A stretch of 64,000 nt of DNA, taken from positions 140,432 to 204,431 of the forward strand of contig JBAXAI010000001.1 of NCBI GenBank assembly GCA_037142615.1, read 5' to 3'. Shown piece by piece: positions 33,182 through 42,433 of this stretch. The number at the start of each line of letters is the position of its first letter. Within the stretch, counting starts at the first letter, position 1. The DNA is from Spirochaetales bacterium. Its GTDB lineage: Bacteria > Spirochaetota > Spirochaetia > JABEVK01. The position numbers and the translations under genes were made by a program. The notes beneath the pieces are model-generated. The model had not been told where the DNA came from. It saw only the letters and a list, made by a program, of their open reading frames with translations, and made no database searches.

Positions 33182-33208
33182 AAAAGGCCTCCTCACGGGG
33201 GCCTTTTT
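33182..33208 (+). terminator. Intrinsic-terminator-like hairpin between gap and pgk (likely partial terminator/attenuator)
   Basis: AAAAGGCCTCC-tcac-GGGGGCCTTTT forms an 11-bp stem with a U-tail. It lies 17 nt after the gap stop and 18 nt before the pgk ATG. Confidence 0.6.
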
Positions 33209-33225
33209 CACATAAGGAGCCTGCA

Positions 33226-34485
33226 ATGATCAAGACCATCAAAGATATCGATGTGAAGGGCAAGCGCATCGCCATGCGCGTCGACTTCAACGTTCCCATG
33301 AAGGAAGGCAAGGTCCAGGACGATACCCGCATCACCGCGGCCATTCCCTCCATCCAATACCTGCTCGAGAAGGGCGCCAAGACCATCACCTTGTTTAGTC
33401 ATCTCGGCGACCCGAAGAAAGACGCCAAGAAGGCCAGGGAAAAGGCTGAGAAGGACGGAAAGACCTTCGACGAGGCCAAGTACATCGCCGGCAAGCACCG
33501 CCTGGCCCCCGTCGCTGAGTACCTGGCCGGCAAGCTCGGCAAACCCGTCGTCTTCGGCGGCGAAGATGGCTGCTTCGGCAAGAAGGCGTTCATCGAAGGC
33601 CAGAAGGACGGCACCGTCATCCTGCTCGAGAACACCCGCTTCCACAAAGAAGAAACCAGCGAAGACGCCAGCGAGCGCGACAAGCTGGCCAAGGAACTGG
33701 CCACCTACGGCGAGATCTTCGTCAACGACGCGTTCGGTACCGCCCACCGCGACCACGCGTCAACGGCGTCTATCGCCAAGTTTCTCAAGGTAAGTGTCGG
33801 CGGCTTCCTCATGGAAAAAGAAGTGGCCTACCTCGAGCCCATCGTTGTCGCCCCGGCAAAGCCCTTGGTGGCCATCATTGGCGGCGCGAAGGTCAGTTCC
33901 AAGATCGCTGTACTCGAAAGCCTGCTCAAGAACGCCTCGGCCCTTGTCATCGGGGGGGGCATGGCCTACACCTTCCTCAAAGCTCAGGGCCACACGGTCG
34001 GCAAGTCCCTGGTGGAAGACGATCAGCTTGATACTGCCAAGTCGATCCTTGCGGCTGCCAAAAAGCTGGGCGCCGAGATTGTACTGCCCGTTGACCACGT
34101 GTGCTCCGACAAGTTCGACGCGGCCGCCGTAGCCGTCAAGACCGACTCAGTTGACATTTCAGCCGACCTGATGGGCATGGATGTCGGTCCCAAAACAGTT
34201 GCCAAGTACAAAGAAGTGTTGGCAAAGGCCAAGACCATCGTCTGGAACGGTCCCGTTGGGGTATTTGAGTTCGCCAATTTCGCTGCCGGTACGGAAGCGG
34301 TGGCCAAACTGGTTGCTGAAGCCACCGGTCGGGGCGCCATCACGGTGGTGGGGGGCGGCGACTCCGTGGCTGCCGTCAACCAGTTCAAGCTGGCCGACAA
34401 GATGAGCCATGTGTCTACCGGCGGCGGTGCATCGCTGGAGCTCCTCGAGGGCAAGAAATTGCCTGGCATCGAAGTTTGTAGGTAG
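33226..34485 (+). CDS. pgk: Phosphoglycerate kinase
   Basis: The N-terminus RVDFNVP, the FSHLGDPK motif and the C-terminal GGGDS and GGGAS motifs are present. The 419-aa length reflects a lysine-rich insertion after the HLGxPK motif. Confidence 0.95.
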   Translation: MIKTIKDIDVKGKRIAMRVDFNVPMKEGKVQDDTRITAAIPSIQYLLEKGAKTITLFSHLGDPKKDAKKAREKAEKDGKTFDEAKYIAGKHRLAPVAEYLAGKLGKPVVFGGEDGCFGKKAFIEGQKDGTVILLENTRFHKEETSEDASERDKLAKELATYGEIFVNDAFGTAHRDHASTASIAKFLKVSVGGFLMEKEVAYLEPIVVAPAKPLVAIIGGAKVSSKIAVLESLLKNASALVIGGGMAYTFLKAQGHTVGKSLVEDDQLDTAKSILAAAKKLGAEIVLPVDHVCSDKFDAAAVAVKTDSVDISADLMGMDVGPKTVAKYKEVLAKAKTIVWNGPVGVFEFANFAAGTEAVAKLVAEATGRGAITVVGGGDSVAAVNQFKLADKMSHVSTGGGASLELLEGKKLPGIEVCR

Positions 34486-34543
34486 GCTCACAACGCGGCA
34501 TCACCTCGTTCGCCGCTAATATACGACAATAGAAGGAATTAAC

Positions 34544-35299
34544 ATGGCACGACAGAAATTTTTGGCAGGGAACTGGAAACTTTGGGGGACGCAGATGGAG
34601 GCCAAGGCCTTGGTGGCTGCGCTTGTAGCTGGAGTCAAGGGCACGAAGAACCGCGTCTTGGTAGCGCCCCCGTATACGGCGATCGCGACTGTCAAGGAAA
34701 TGGTGAAGGGCAGTCCTATTCTCGTGGGCGCCCAAGACTGTTCGGCCCTCGAAACGGGGGCCCGCACGGGCGAGATTTCGGTGGGCATGCTCAAGGAACT
34801 TGGGGTCGACGTGATCATCCTTGGCCACTCGGAGCGCCGGCAGTTCCACAACGAAACCGACAAACTGGTCAACGACAAGATCAAACTCGCGCTCAAACAC
34901 GGCTTCGAGGTGATCTACTGCAACGGTGAAACTCTGTCAGAACGCGAAGCCGGCAAAGCCGCCGAAGTGGTGATCCGCCAGACGACCGAAGCGTTTGCCG
35001 GGTTGACCGAGGCCGACCTGGCTAAGGTGACGATTGCCTATGAACCTGTATGGGCAATCGGCACCGGCAAGACCGCTACACCGCAGGACGCCAATGCCAT
35101 CCACGTTGTCATCCGCGACACCGTCGCCAAACTCTATACAAAGCGCACCGCCGATGCTATGATCATCCAGTACGGTGGGTCTGTGAAGCCTGACAACGTC
35201 AAGGAACTGATGGCCATGCCCGACATTGACGGTGCGTTGGTCGGGGGCGCTGCGCTGAAAGCGGAGACGTTCCTTCCCATCTGTACGTTCGACAAATAA
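34544..35299 (+). CDS. tpiA: Triosephosphate isomerase
   Basis: AGNWKLW, AYEPVWAIGTGKTAT and GGSVKP motifs are present. Confidence 0.95.
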   Translation: MARQKFLAGNWKLWGTQMEAKALVAALVAGVKGTKNRVLVAPPYTAIATVKEMVKGSPILVGAQDCSALETGARTGEISVGMLKELGVDVIILGHSERRQFHNETDKLVNDKIKLALKHGFEVIYCNGETLSEREAGKAAEVVIRQTTEAFAGLTEADLAKVTIAYEPVWAIGTGKTATPQDANAIHVVIRDTVAKLYTKRTADAMIIQYGGSVKPDNVKELMAMPDIDGALVGGAALKAETFLPICTFDK

Positions 35300-35315
35300 A
35301 TCCCGGGAGACTTTC

Positions 35316-35681
35316 GTGGACATTCTTCTGTATGTGTTGCTTGGATTCTTCATTCTTATGGCTGTGTTGCTAGTCTTGATGGTCTTGATACAAGACGAGC
35401 AGGGCGACGGTTTGGCTGGCATGTTCGGCGGCGGAAGCGCCTCGACTTTCGGCTCACGCGCCGGTAACGTGCTCACCCGCACGACCTCAATCCTTGGCGC
35501 GCTGTTCCTCATTTCGGCCTTCTTCCTGGCTTTCCTGTTCAAAACCCCGACGACGGGTGATGTGGCCGCCGCGGCACGTCAGGCTGGCGCGGGCAAGACG
35601 GAGTGGTGGAACGCCCAGCCGTCGGCACCGGCCGTCGAAACCCCCGTACCGGCACCTGCCGAAACCACGGGCACGAAGTAG
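35316..35681 (+). CDS. secG: Preprotein translocase subunit SecG
   Basis: There are two TM segments flanking FGGGSASTFGSRAG. GGGAGA lies 5 nt upstream of the GTG start. It is the last gene of the gap-pgk-tpiA-secG unit. Confidence 0.75.
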   Translation: MDILLYVLLGFFILMAVLLVLMVLIQDEQGDGLAGMFGGGSASTFGSRAGNVLTRTTSILGALFLISAFFLAFLFKTPTTGDVAAAARQAGAGKTEWWNAQPSAPAVETPVPAPAETTGTK

Positions 35682-35699
35682 TTCTTCACGTAACCGGCT

Positions 35700-35736
35700 G
35701 ACTTCTCCGGAGTTACTCTGGAGAAGTCTTTTTTTT
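35700..35736 (+). terminator. Rho-independent terminator after secG
   Basis: GACTTCTCC-(11 nt loop)-GGAGAAGTC forms a 9-bp stem, followed by T8. Confidence 0.7.
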
Positions 35737-35746
35737 GGGGGGCTCC

Positions 35747-36184
35747 ATGGCGATGGTTCGAGTGGCAGTTGTGTATTTCAGCAAGTCGAAGTCTTCGCGC
35801 GTAAACGCCACGGCGACGGCGCTTGCAAAGGCGCTCGAGGCCCGAGGGGCACAGGTCGACCTTGTCAACGGCTCTCAGACTCGAGATGCCAAGCTTACCG
35901 GTCATCATTTCCTTGCGATTGGGTGCGACGTCCTTGCTGCTTTTGGCGGCAAACTCCCCCCGGAACTCAAGGTGTTTCTGGCCAATTCGGGGCTGATTGC
36001 CGGTAAGAGAGCGCTGGCTTGGGTCACCTCGGCCCCTCTGGGCGCCAACAAGACTCTTTTGCAGCTTATGAGGGCAATGGAGGCCGAGGGCTTGCTTCTT
36101 CGGACCTCCGAAATCTTCACCAAAGCCGATGAGGCTTCTCGGGTTGCTTCCCAGCTGAAAATCGACGGATTGACCGTTTCTTGA
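35747..36184 (+). CDS. Hypothetical flavodoxin-like-fold protein
   Basis: The N-terminal MVRVAVVYFSKSKSS...ALAKAL resembles the flavodoxin-like beta-alpha start. The assignment is weak. Confidence 0.35.
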   Translation: MAMVRVAVVYFSKSKSSRVNATATALAKALEARGAQVDLVNGSQTRDAKLTGHHFLAIGCDVLAAFGGKLPPELKVFLANSGLIAGKRALAWVTSAPLGANKTLLQLMRAMEAEGLLLRTSEIFTKADEASRVASQLKIDGLTVS

Positions 36185-36227
36185 CAGGGCCGTGAGGCCC
36201 TGATACTGTTTTTTGAAAGGCTGTTTC

Positions 36228-37265
36228 ATGAAGAAATCACTTCTGTCCGTTGCTGTTTTTCTGTTGGCGCTGGGACTCGGGGCTCAAGGGCTCGATCAGG
36301 CGGTCGCCAAAGTCACTCTCTACAAGACGACGGTGATTTCCCAGAAGACCTTTCGGGAACAGGTGGCCGCGTTGGAGTCTACCACCAAGTCAACTTTGAC
36401 CGCCGACGACAAGGTGAAACTGCTCAACTCTTTGGTTCTCAACGAATTGATCAATCAGGATTCGGACAAAAAGGGGCTCAAGGCGAGCGACGAGGAAGTC
36501 TTGGCCCAGTTCCGATCGTCCAACCCCGGGGCCACCGACGCCCAGATCAAACAGGCGCTCGAGCAACAATCCGGCGTGACCTGGGACAAAGCGGTTGTGT
36601 CGCTGAAGAAACAGATCGTCTTCTTGAAGTACCTTGGGGTCCTTTCCAAGGACAAACCCACGCCCAAACTCGATGTGTCGGCCCAGGAAATCTCCGATTT
36701 TTACACCTCGAACAAGGCGCTGTTCGTCAGCCCCGACTACGTGCGGGTCTCGCACATTTTTTTCGACACCAAGGTCAATCCCAAAGGTAGCCTGACAGAT
36801 ATCAAGAAGCGTGCCGACGACTCGTTGGCGAAGATCACTGCTGGCCAGTCAACCTTCGAGGAACTTGCCAACACGGTGTCGGAAGATGAGGGCTCGTCCA
36901 AGCTCAACGGTGACATGGGCTACATTCCCAGAACGCTGGAATCAGCCCTCGGCCAACAGTTAACCAACCTGTTTGGCAACGATTTCCTGAACGCGATCTT
37001 TGCTCTGAAGAAGGGCGAGGTTTCCAAGGTGCTGACGAGCAACTCAGGTTTGCACATCGTTCGGGTCACCCAGAAGCTTGATCAGCACTTTCTGACCTTG
37101 GACGAGGCCGTCTACCCAGGCAAAAAGACCCCGACCGTCAAGGATACGATTTTGCAGACGCTTCAGCAGCGAAAAGTTTCGGCCTACCAGCAGCAACTCG
37201 TTACCGACGCGGGCGACGCCCTGAAGAAGCAGGCCAAAATCGATTTGTTCAAGCAGAATCTCTAG
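36228..37265 (+). CDS. SurA/PrsA-like periplasmic chaperone with parvulin-type PPIase domain
   Basis: There is a signal peptide. The PpiC-type domain is VSHIFFDT...GDMGYIPRT...SNSGLHIVRV. Confidence 0.65.
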   Translation: MKKSLLSVAVFLLALGLGAQGLDQAVAKVTLYKTTVISQKTFREQVAALESTTKSTLTADDKVKLLNSLVLNELINQDSDKKGLKASDEEVLAQFRSSNPGATDAQIKQALEQQSGVTWDKAVVSLKKQIVFLKYLGVLSKDKPTPKLDVSAQEISDFYTSNKALFVSPDYVRVSHIFFDTKVNPKGSLTDIKKRADDSLAKITAGQSTFEELANTVSEDEGSSKLNGDMGYIPRTLESALGQQLTNLFGNDFLNAIFALKKGEVSKVLTSNSGLHIVRVTQKLDQHFLTLDEAVYPGKKTPTVKDTILQTLQQRKVSAYQQQLVTDAGDALKKQAKIDLFKQNL

Positions 37266-37266
37266 C

Positions 37267-37686
37267 ATGGGATCGCGTCGTCAAGCCCGGATTCTGGCTT
37301 TCCAGAGCCTGTTTAGCCAGGACTTGAACCCTCAGTCGATCGAGAAGCTCCTGACGCTGGACTGGATGGAAGCGCAGGAGCGTCAGGATCTGGAGCCCGA
37401 TGTGTTGTTCTTCACGAGGTTCTTGATTTCGGGCACCATCGAGCACTGGGACGAGCTCAACGTTGCGATCGAAGGGCAACTCCGCAACTGGGACTTCAAC
37501 CGGGTCGGCAAGGTTGATCTCGGCATCCTGCGGATTTCTGCCTTTCAGATGCTGTTCGTGAAGGATATTCCTGTGAAGGTCGTCATTGACGAGGCGATCG
37601 ATATCGCAAAGCGTTTTGCCTCCGACGACTCCTACCGTTTCATCAATGGAGTGCTCGATGGCCTCCGGAAGGAAAAGGGCCTCTAG
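37267..37686 (+). CDS. nusB: Transcription antitermination factor NusB
   Basis: RRQARILAFQSLF and the ...RFINGVLDG ending are typical of NusB. Confidence 0.85.
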   Translation: MGSRRQARILAFQSLFSQDLNPQSIEKLLTLDWMEAQERQDLEPDVLFFTRFLISGTIEHWDELNVAIEGQLRNWDFNRVGKVDLGILRISAFQMLFVKDIPVKVVIDEAIDIAKRFASDDSYRFINGVLDGLRKEKGL

Positions 37687-37692
37687 CATCCA

Positions 37693-39459
37693 ATGAAAGG
37701 TTTCCTGCGGGTATCAGCCTGGTTCCTCCTGCTTTCGTCCCTCGGGGCGGCAGGTTGGTGGGCTTGGCCGCTCGTCTTCCCCCCGGAGCGTCCGGGCCTC
37801 CTGTCCCGACTGGCAAAGGCGGATTCTGCCCTCCAGCAGGGCCGCGCTGACCTCGCACGCAAGGCCCTCGAACCGTGGCCCGAGGGTCTTTCCGCAGGCC
37901 AGTGGCTCCAGTGGGAAAAGCGGATTCACAGTATTGTCGTCAAGACCAAGGAGTGGGGTTGGGCCGCGTCCGCGGCGCATCTGGCCACCGCCCAGTTCCC
38001 TGGGAACACCGAACTGGCGGCATTTGAGACTTGGGTCTTGCTCAAGGCTGGTCGGGCGGGCGAGGCGCTAGGGGTGAGCGAAAAGTTGTTGGCAAAGACC
38101 GTTTGGGCACCGCTTCTCGGTCAGGCGCGCTTGGAGGCGGGATTGTTTGCCGCCAAACCAGGCGAACCGAGAGACTCGTCAAGCGACTGGCTGGCGTTGC
38201 GTCAGGCTCTGGCTACTTCCGAGGCCGCCGACCCAGAGTTGTATGGGAGGGTCTTGGAACTGGCTCCGGACGACTTGCTCCGCAAGAACGCTCTTCTTGT
38301 GGCTCTCGCGCAGGGAAGGCTGGACCTCGCCCAGGGGTTTCTCGGGGCCCTGAGCCCGAGCGAGCGTGGTGTGCCTCCGTTTGACAAGTTGCAGGCCCTG
38401 ATGGCCTATGACCAGGAAGACTGGGCTCGTTCGGCGGCCCTGCTACGCAACTTGGCCGTGAGCGACCCGACTACCCATCAAGTTCTCGCCGACGTCTACC
38501 TGCACCTGGGTGAACTGGAACAAGCGCGCCTGATTTATGACCAGGTCCTTGCCGATTCGTCCCCCAGCGAAATTTTGCCGCCGTCTTTGTACCTCAATCG
38601 TGCGACCATCGCCCTGATTCAGAGTGACCCTGGCCTGGCTCTGGCGCTGCTCAACCGGGCACTCGTGACGCGCAGTTCTGAGTCTGGGACCCCGCTCAAC
38701 GCCATCCGGTTGCTTCTCCTCGAGGCCCGTCGTGATCTGGGCGAGGAGTCTGAGGTCCGAGCCCAACTCGACAAGGTGTTAGGCGATGGGCAAGAAACGC
38801 CATTCCAGCTGGAGGCCGAACTCCTCAAGTACCGTTTGTTCCCCGAAATGGAATCAGTGCCTCGGCTCTGGTCGCTCATGCATCGTCATCCCGACACGCC
38901 ACCGCTCGTCGAGCGGCTTGTTTGGTCCCAGTTGATTGTCAAGGACTACCCGGCAGCACAGAAGGCACTCGACTTGTACCGGCAAAAGTCCAAGCCAGTC
39001 ACGGAACTGCCTTGGTGGTGGTCGAGTTACCAGGGCCTTCTTCTGGCTCTCGACGGAGACCTTCAAGGGGCCGAGAAAACCTGGGAGGAAGTTCCCGCCG
39101 CGTGGAGGGACACGAGCTTCCATGCCAATTTGGCCCAAGTCCAAACCAGCCTTTCAAGGCGAGCCCCGGAGGATCAACGACAAGTGCTCCTCGAAAGGGC
39201 GCTCGACAATGACACCAAAGCTCTCGACCTCCTTCCCACCGGGAACGGCCGGCAGGATCTCATTCTCCGGTCCCAGCTCTTGGCTCACCGGGGGACGGTT
39301 TCCTGGTCGTTAGTCGCCTTCCAGAAACCTTCGCTTCGCCAGCGCTGGAAGGATCTCGCCCTTGACGACCTGCGCAAGGCCTCGCAACTCGATGCCAACA
39401 ATCTCCGCGCGGCCTTTCTGCTCAGACAGTCAGCTTCCGCCCTTCAGGAAGTTCCATGA
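37693..39459 (+). CDS. Hypothetical secreted helical (TPR-like) protein
   Basis: A signal peptide or TM anchor is followed by leucine/alanine-rich helical repeats. No catalytic motif was recognised. Confidence 0.4.
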   Translation: MKGFLRVSAWFLLLSSLGAAGWWAWPLVFPPERPGLLSRLAKADSALQQGRADLARKALEPWPEGLSAGQWLQWEKRIHSIVVKTKEWGWAASAAHLATAQFPGNTELAAFETWVLLKAGRAGEALGVSEKLLAKTVWAPLLGQARLEAGLFAAKPGEPRDSSSDWLALRQALATSEAADPELYGRVLELAPDDLLRKNALLVALAQGRLDLAQGFLGALSPSERGVPPFDKLQALMAYDQEDWARSAALLRNLAVSDPTTHQVLADVYLHLGELEQARLIYDQVLADSSPSEILPPSLYLNRATIALIQSDPGLALALLNRALVTRSSESGTPLNAIRLLLLEARRDLGEESEVRAQLDKVLGDGQETPFQLEAELLKYRLFPEMESVPRLWSLMHRHPDTPPLVERLVWSQLIVKDYPAAQKALDLYRQKSKPVTELPWWWSSYQGLLLALDGDLQGAEKTWEEVPAAWRDTSFHANLAQVQTSLSRRAPEDQRQVLLERALDNDTKALDLLPTGNGRQDLILRSQLLAHRGTVSWSLVAFQKPSLRQRWKDLALDDLRKASQLDANNLRAAFLLRQSASALQEVP

Positions 39460-40205
39460 TCAAGCTCAAGAACAAGGATCAGATCGAACGCATCCGTGAA
39501 TCCTGCCGTCTTCTCGCACGGATGTTCCGTGAGATCCGGCCGCTGGTGGTGGAGGGTGTGACCACGCTGGAACTAGACCGCTGGGCCGAGAACTACATTC
39601 GTCAGGCCGGCGGCAAGCCCGCCTTCAAGGGCTATATGGGTTTCCCGGGGACGCTCTGCACATCAATCAACGAGGAAGTCATCCACGGTATTCCCAAGGA
39701 CCGCAAGCTGAGAACCGGCGATCTGGTGAGCCTCGACTGCGGCATCGACCTCAGGGGCTACTTTAGCGACATGGCGTTTACGATGCCTATTGGAGCCATC
39801 ACCGAGGCAGAAAACGTTCTGCTTCAGGCGACACAGGCAAGTCTCGACGCTGCCGTTCGAGCCGTCCGCCACGGAGGGCGAATCCGCGACGTTGCCACCG
39901 CCGTGACCGAAATCATCAAGCCTCACCGTTTCGGGATCGTGCACCAATACTGCGGGCACGGCGTGGGTTTCAGTCAGCACGAAGAGCCGCAGGTGCCCAA
40001 TGCCGTCTCGTTGGGAGCCAACCCCCGAATCGCGGCCGGAATGGTCTTGGCCATTGAACCAATGATCAACCTGGGGAAGGCCGAGGTTCGCGTACTCAGC
40101 GACGACTGGACTGTGGTGACCGCTGACAAGAAAAAGTCGGCTCATTTTGAGCATACGGTGGCCGTCTGGGAAGACCGAATCGAAATCCTTACGCTCTCTG
40201 ACTGA
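39456..40205 (+). CDS. map: Methionine aminopeptidase type I
   Basis: Pita-bread-fold metal ligands sit in DLVSLDCGIDLRGYFSDMAFT, with HGVGFSQHEEP and a C-terminal AHFEHTV. Confidence 0.9.
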   Translation: MIKLKNKDQIERIRESCRLLARMFREIRPLVVEGVTTLELDRWAENYIRQAGGKPAFKGYMGFPGTLCTSINEEVIHGIPKDRKLRTGDLVSLDCGIDLRGYFSDMAFTMPIGAITEAENVLLQATQASLDAAVRAVRHGGRIRDVATAVTEIIKPHRFGIVHQYCGHGVGFSQHEEPQVPNAVSLGANPRIAAGMVLAIEPMINLGKAEVRVLSDDWTVVTADKKKSAHFEHTVAVWEDRIEILTLSD

Positions 40206-40268
40206 AAGACCTGTAACCATCCACCTCGTGCGCGTTTTTTCTAGCAGACATTTTCAAGGAGATGCGCC

Positions 40269-41822
40269 ATGAGCATGAAGTCATTTTGGAGTTCCCGCAA
40301 GGTTCTCGTTTTCAATCTTGTCCTGGTCGGTATGACGGCCGGGTTTGCCCTCGCTGTGGGGGTCCTGGCGTTCAACGGAAGCTGGACACCCCAGAAGACC
40401 GTGTACGCCGAAGACAAGCCCATTGTCGTCCCCGCCAGCCTGTTCGACATGCAGAACACCTTCCGGTCGATCGCCAAGAACGTTCTTCCCGGAGTGGTCG
40501 AGATCAAGACCGAAGCTGATGTGGTGAACAATCAGGTCAGCCCCCTTAACCCGAACAGCCAGCCGTTTGACTTCTTTTTCGGTCCCAACGCCCCGGATCA
40601 GACGACTCCCCAAACACCGAGCCCATCGACACCAAATCAACCGGCCCCAAAGACCCAAAAGGCGCCCAAAGCGCAGAAATCGGAGGGCCTCGGCTCCGGC
40701 ATCATGGTGGAACGTCAGGGTGACAAGATTTTCATTTTGACCAACAACCACGTGGTCGAAGGCGCCACCAAGATCATCGTCAAGCTTTCGGACCAGCGCG
40801 AGTACGACGCGACACTGGTGGGCACGGATGTCCGCCGTGACTTGGCCATGGTTTCCATCACCACCAAAGAAACCAACCTGACTTTGGTGAAACTCGGCGA
40901 CTCGAGCGAGCTTCAGGTGGGCGACTGGGTGTTGGCGATCGGCAATCCCCTCGGTCTTGAGTTCACGCTGACCTCTGGAATCGTCAGCGCCCTGGGCCGT
41001 CAGGGTGGACCCGACGATACGGTCAACATCAACAACTACATCCAGACGGACGCCTCGATCAACCGCGGAAACTCCGGCGGCGCGTTGGTGAACCTGAAGG
41101 GTGAACTGGTCGGGATCAACACCTGGATCGCGTCCCCGAACGGTGCCAGCGTCGGGTTGGGCTTTGCGATTCCCGTCAACAACGCCAAGAAGCCCATCAA
41201 GGACTTCATTTCGAAGGGTACAGTCCAATACGGTTGGCTCGGTGCGTCGGTGACCGATATCGACAAAGACCAACTCAAGGACATGAAGATTCCCGTCTCC
41301 AAGGGCTCATTCATACCCCACGTGTTCCGCAGTTCGCCGGCCGACAAGTCGGGCATTCTACCCGGCGACTTTGTTACCGCCATCAATGGCAAGGAAATCG
41401 CCGATACCAACGCGCTTGTCCAAACGGTGGGCGACCTGCCGGCCGGCCAGAGCGCCGAGTTCTCGATCATCCGCGACGGTGTCGCCATCAAGAAGACCGT
41501 GACCATCGATCCCCGACCGAAGGAAGCCGACGTCAAGAACCTGCGCCTGTGGCCCGGTTTTGTCGTGTCGGTGCTGACGCCCGACCTTCGGGACCAGCTT
41601 GATATTGCTCCTGCCGCCGAGGGTTTGCTGGTGTCGCAGGTGGAAACCCGCTCGACCGCGGATATCGCTGGACTCAAGGCCGGTGACCTGCTCAAGGCCG
41701 TGAACGGAAAAACGGTGAAGTCTATCGGCGAGTTTTATCGTGCTATCAATGCGCAGAGCGGCGAGATCAAGCTGAATTTCTCCCGCGAAGGGGTTGAGTT
41801 AAGTATCGGCGTCTCCCGATAA
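40269..41822 (+). CDS. htrA: HtrA/DegP-family serine protease with two PDZ domains
   Basis: The catalytic triad context is TNNHVV...D...GNSGGALVN. Two C-terminal PDZ-like segments are present. Confidence 0.9.
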   Translation: MSMKSFWSSRKVLVFNLVLVGMTAGFALAVGVLAFNGSWTPQKTVYAEDKPIVVPASLFDMQNTFRSIAKNVLPGVVEIKTEADVVNNQVSPLNPNSQPFDFFFGPNAPDQTTPQTPSPSTPNQPAPKTQKAPKAQKSEGLGSGIMVERQGDKIFILTNNHVVEGATKIIVKLSDQREYDATLVGTDVRRDLAMVSITTKETNLTLVKLGDSSELQVGDWVLAIGNPLGLEFTLTSGIVSALGRQGGPDDTVNINNYIQTDASINRGNSGGALVNLKGELVGINTWIASPNGASVGLGFAIPVNNAKKPIKDFISKGTVQYGWLGASVTDIDKDQLKDMKIPVSKGSFIPHVFRSSPADKSGILPGDFVTAINGKEIADTNALVQTVGDLPAGQSAEFSIIRDGVAIKKTVTIDPRPKEADVKNLRLWPGFVVSVLTPDLRDQLDIAPAAEGLLVSQVETRSTADIAGLKAGDLLKAVNGKTVKSIGEFYRAINAQSGEIKLNFSREGVELSIGVSR

Positions 41823-41830
41823 TAGGGGGT

Positions 41831-42433
41831 ATGAAGAAAGAGTTCATTCCCTACGAAGCTGTCCGAGACAACGCGCTCAAGCTGGGCCGGGAAATCGCCC
41901 GGTCTGGCTTTGTGCCCGATGTCATCTACGTGTCGCTTCGCGGGGGCGCCTACTTGGGGAATATCCTTTCTGAGTACTTCAAGGTCCTGAGGAAGGGCCA
42001 GCGGCCGGTATTCTACGCGGCCGTGGTCGCTCATTCGTACACTGACATCCAACAACAGTCGTCGGTTCGAGTGGACGGCTGGACCTACGCTCCCGAGTAC
42101 CTGCGTTCGGGAGACAAGGTACTTTTTGTCGATGACATTTTCGACAGCGGCCGAACGATCAATGCGCTGGTCAACATTATTCTGGAGCGCGGACTTCCCC
42201 GAAAGGATATCAAAGTGGCCGTGCACGACTTTAAGGAGTTTCGGGACTCGCCGAGTTTGCCGATTGTGCCTGACTTCTACTGCCGAAAGCATGACCTGCC
42301 GGATCGGGCCCACGATCTGTGGATCCATTACCTGAGTCACGAACTTGTCGGCCTGAGTGCCCAAGAGCGCCAAACCTACTACATCAAGGACGATCCGGAG
42401 ATGGCTGAGGTCATGTCCGTATTCGACGTATGA
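41831..42433 (+). CDS. Phosphoribosyltransferase-family protein (purine PRTase-like)
   Basis: The PRPP-binding motif is VLFVDDIFDSGRT. Confidence 0.6.
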   Translation: MKKEFIPYEAVRDNALKLGREIARSGFVPDVIYVSLRGGAYLGNILSEYFKVLRKGQRPVFYAAVVAHSYTDIQQQSSVRVDGWTYAPEYLRSGDKVLFVDDIFDSGRTINALVNIILERGLPRKDIKVAVHDFKEFRDSPSLPIVPDFYCRKHDLPDRAHDLWIHYLSHELVGLSAQERQTYYIKDDPEMAEVMSVFDV

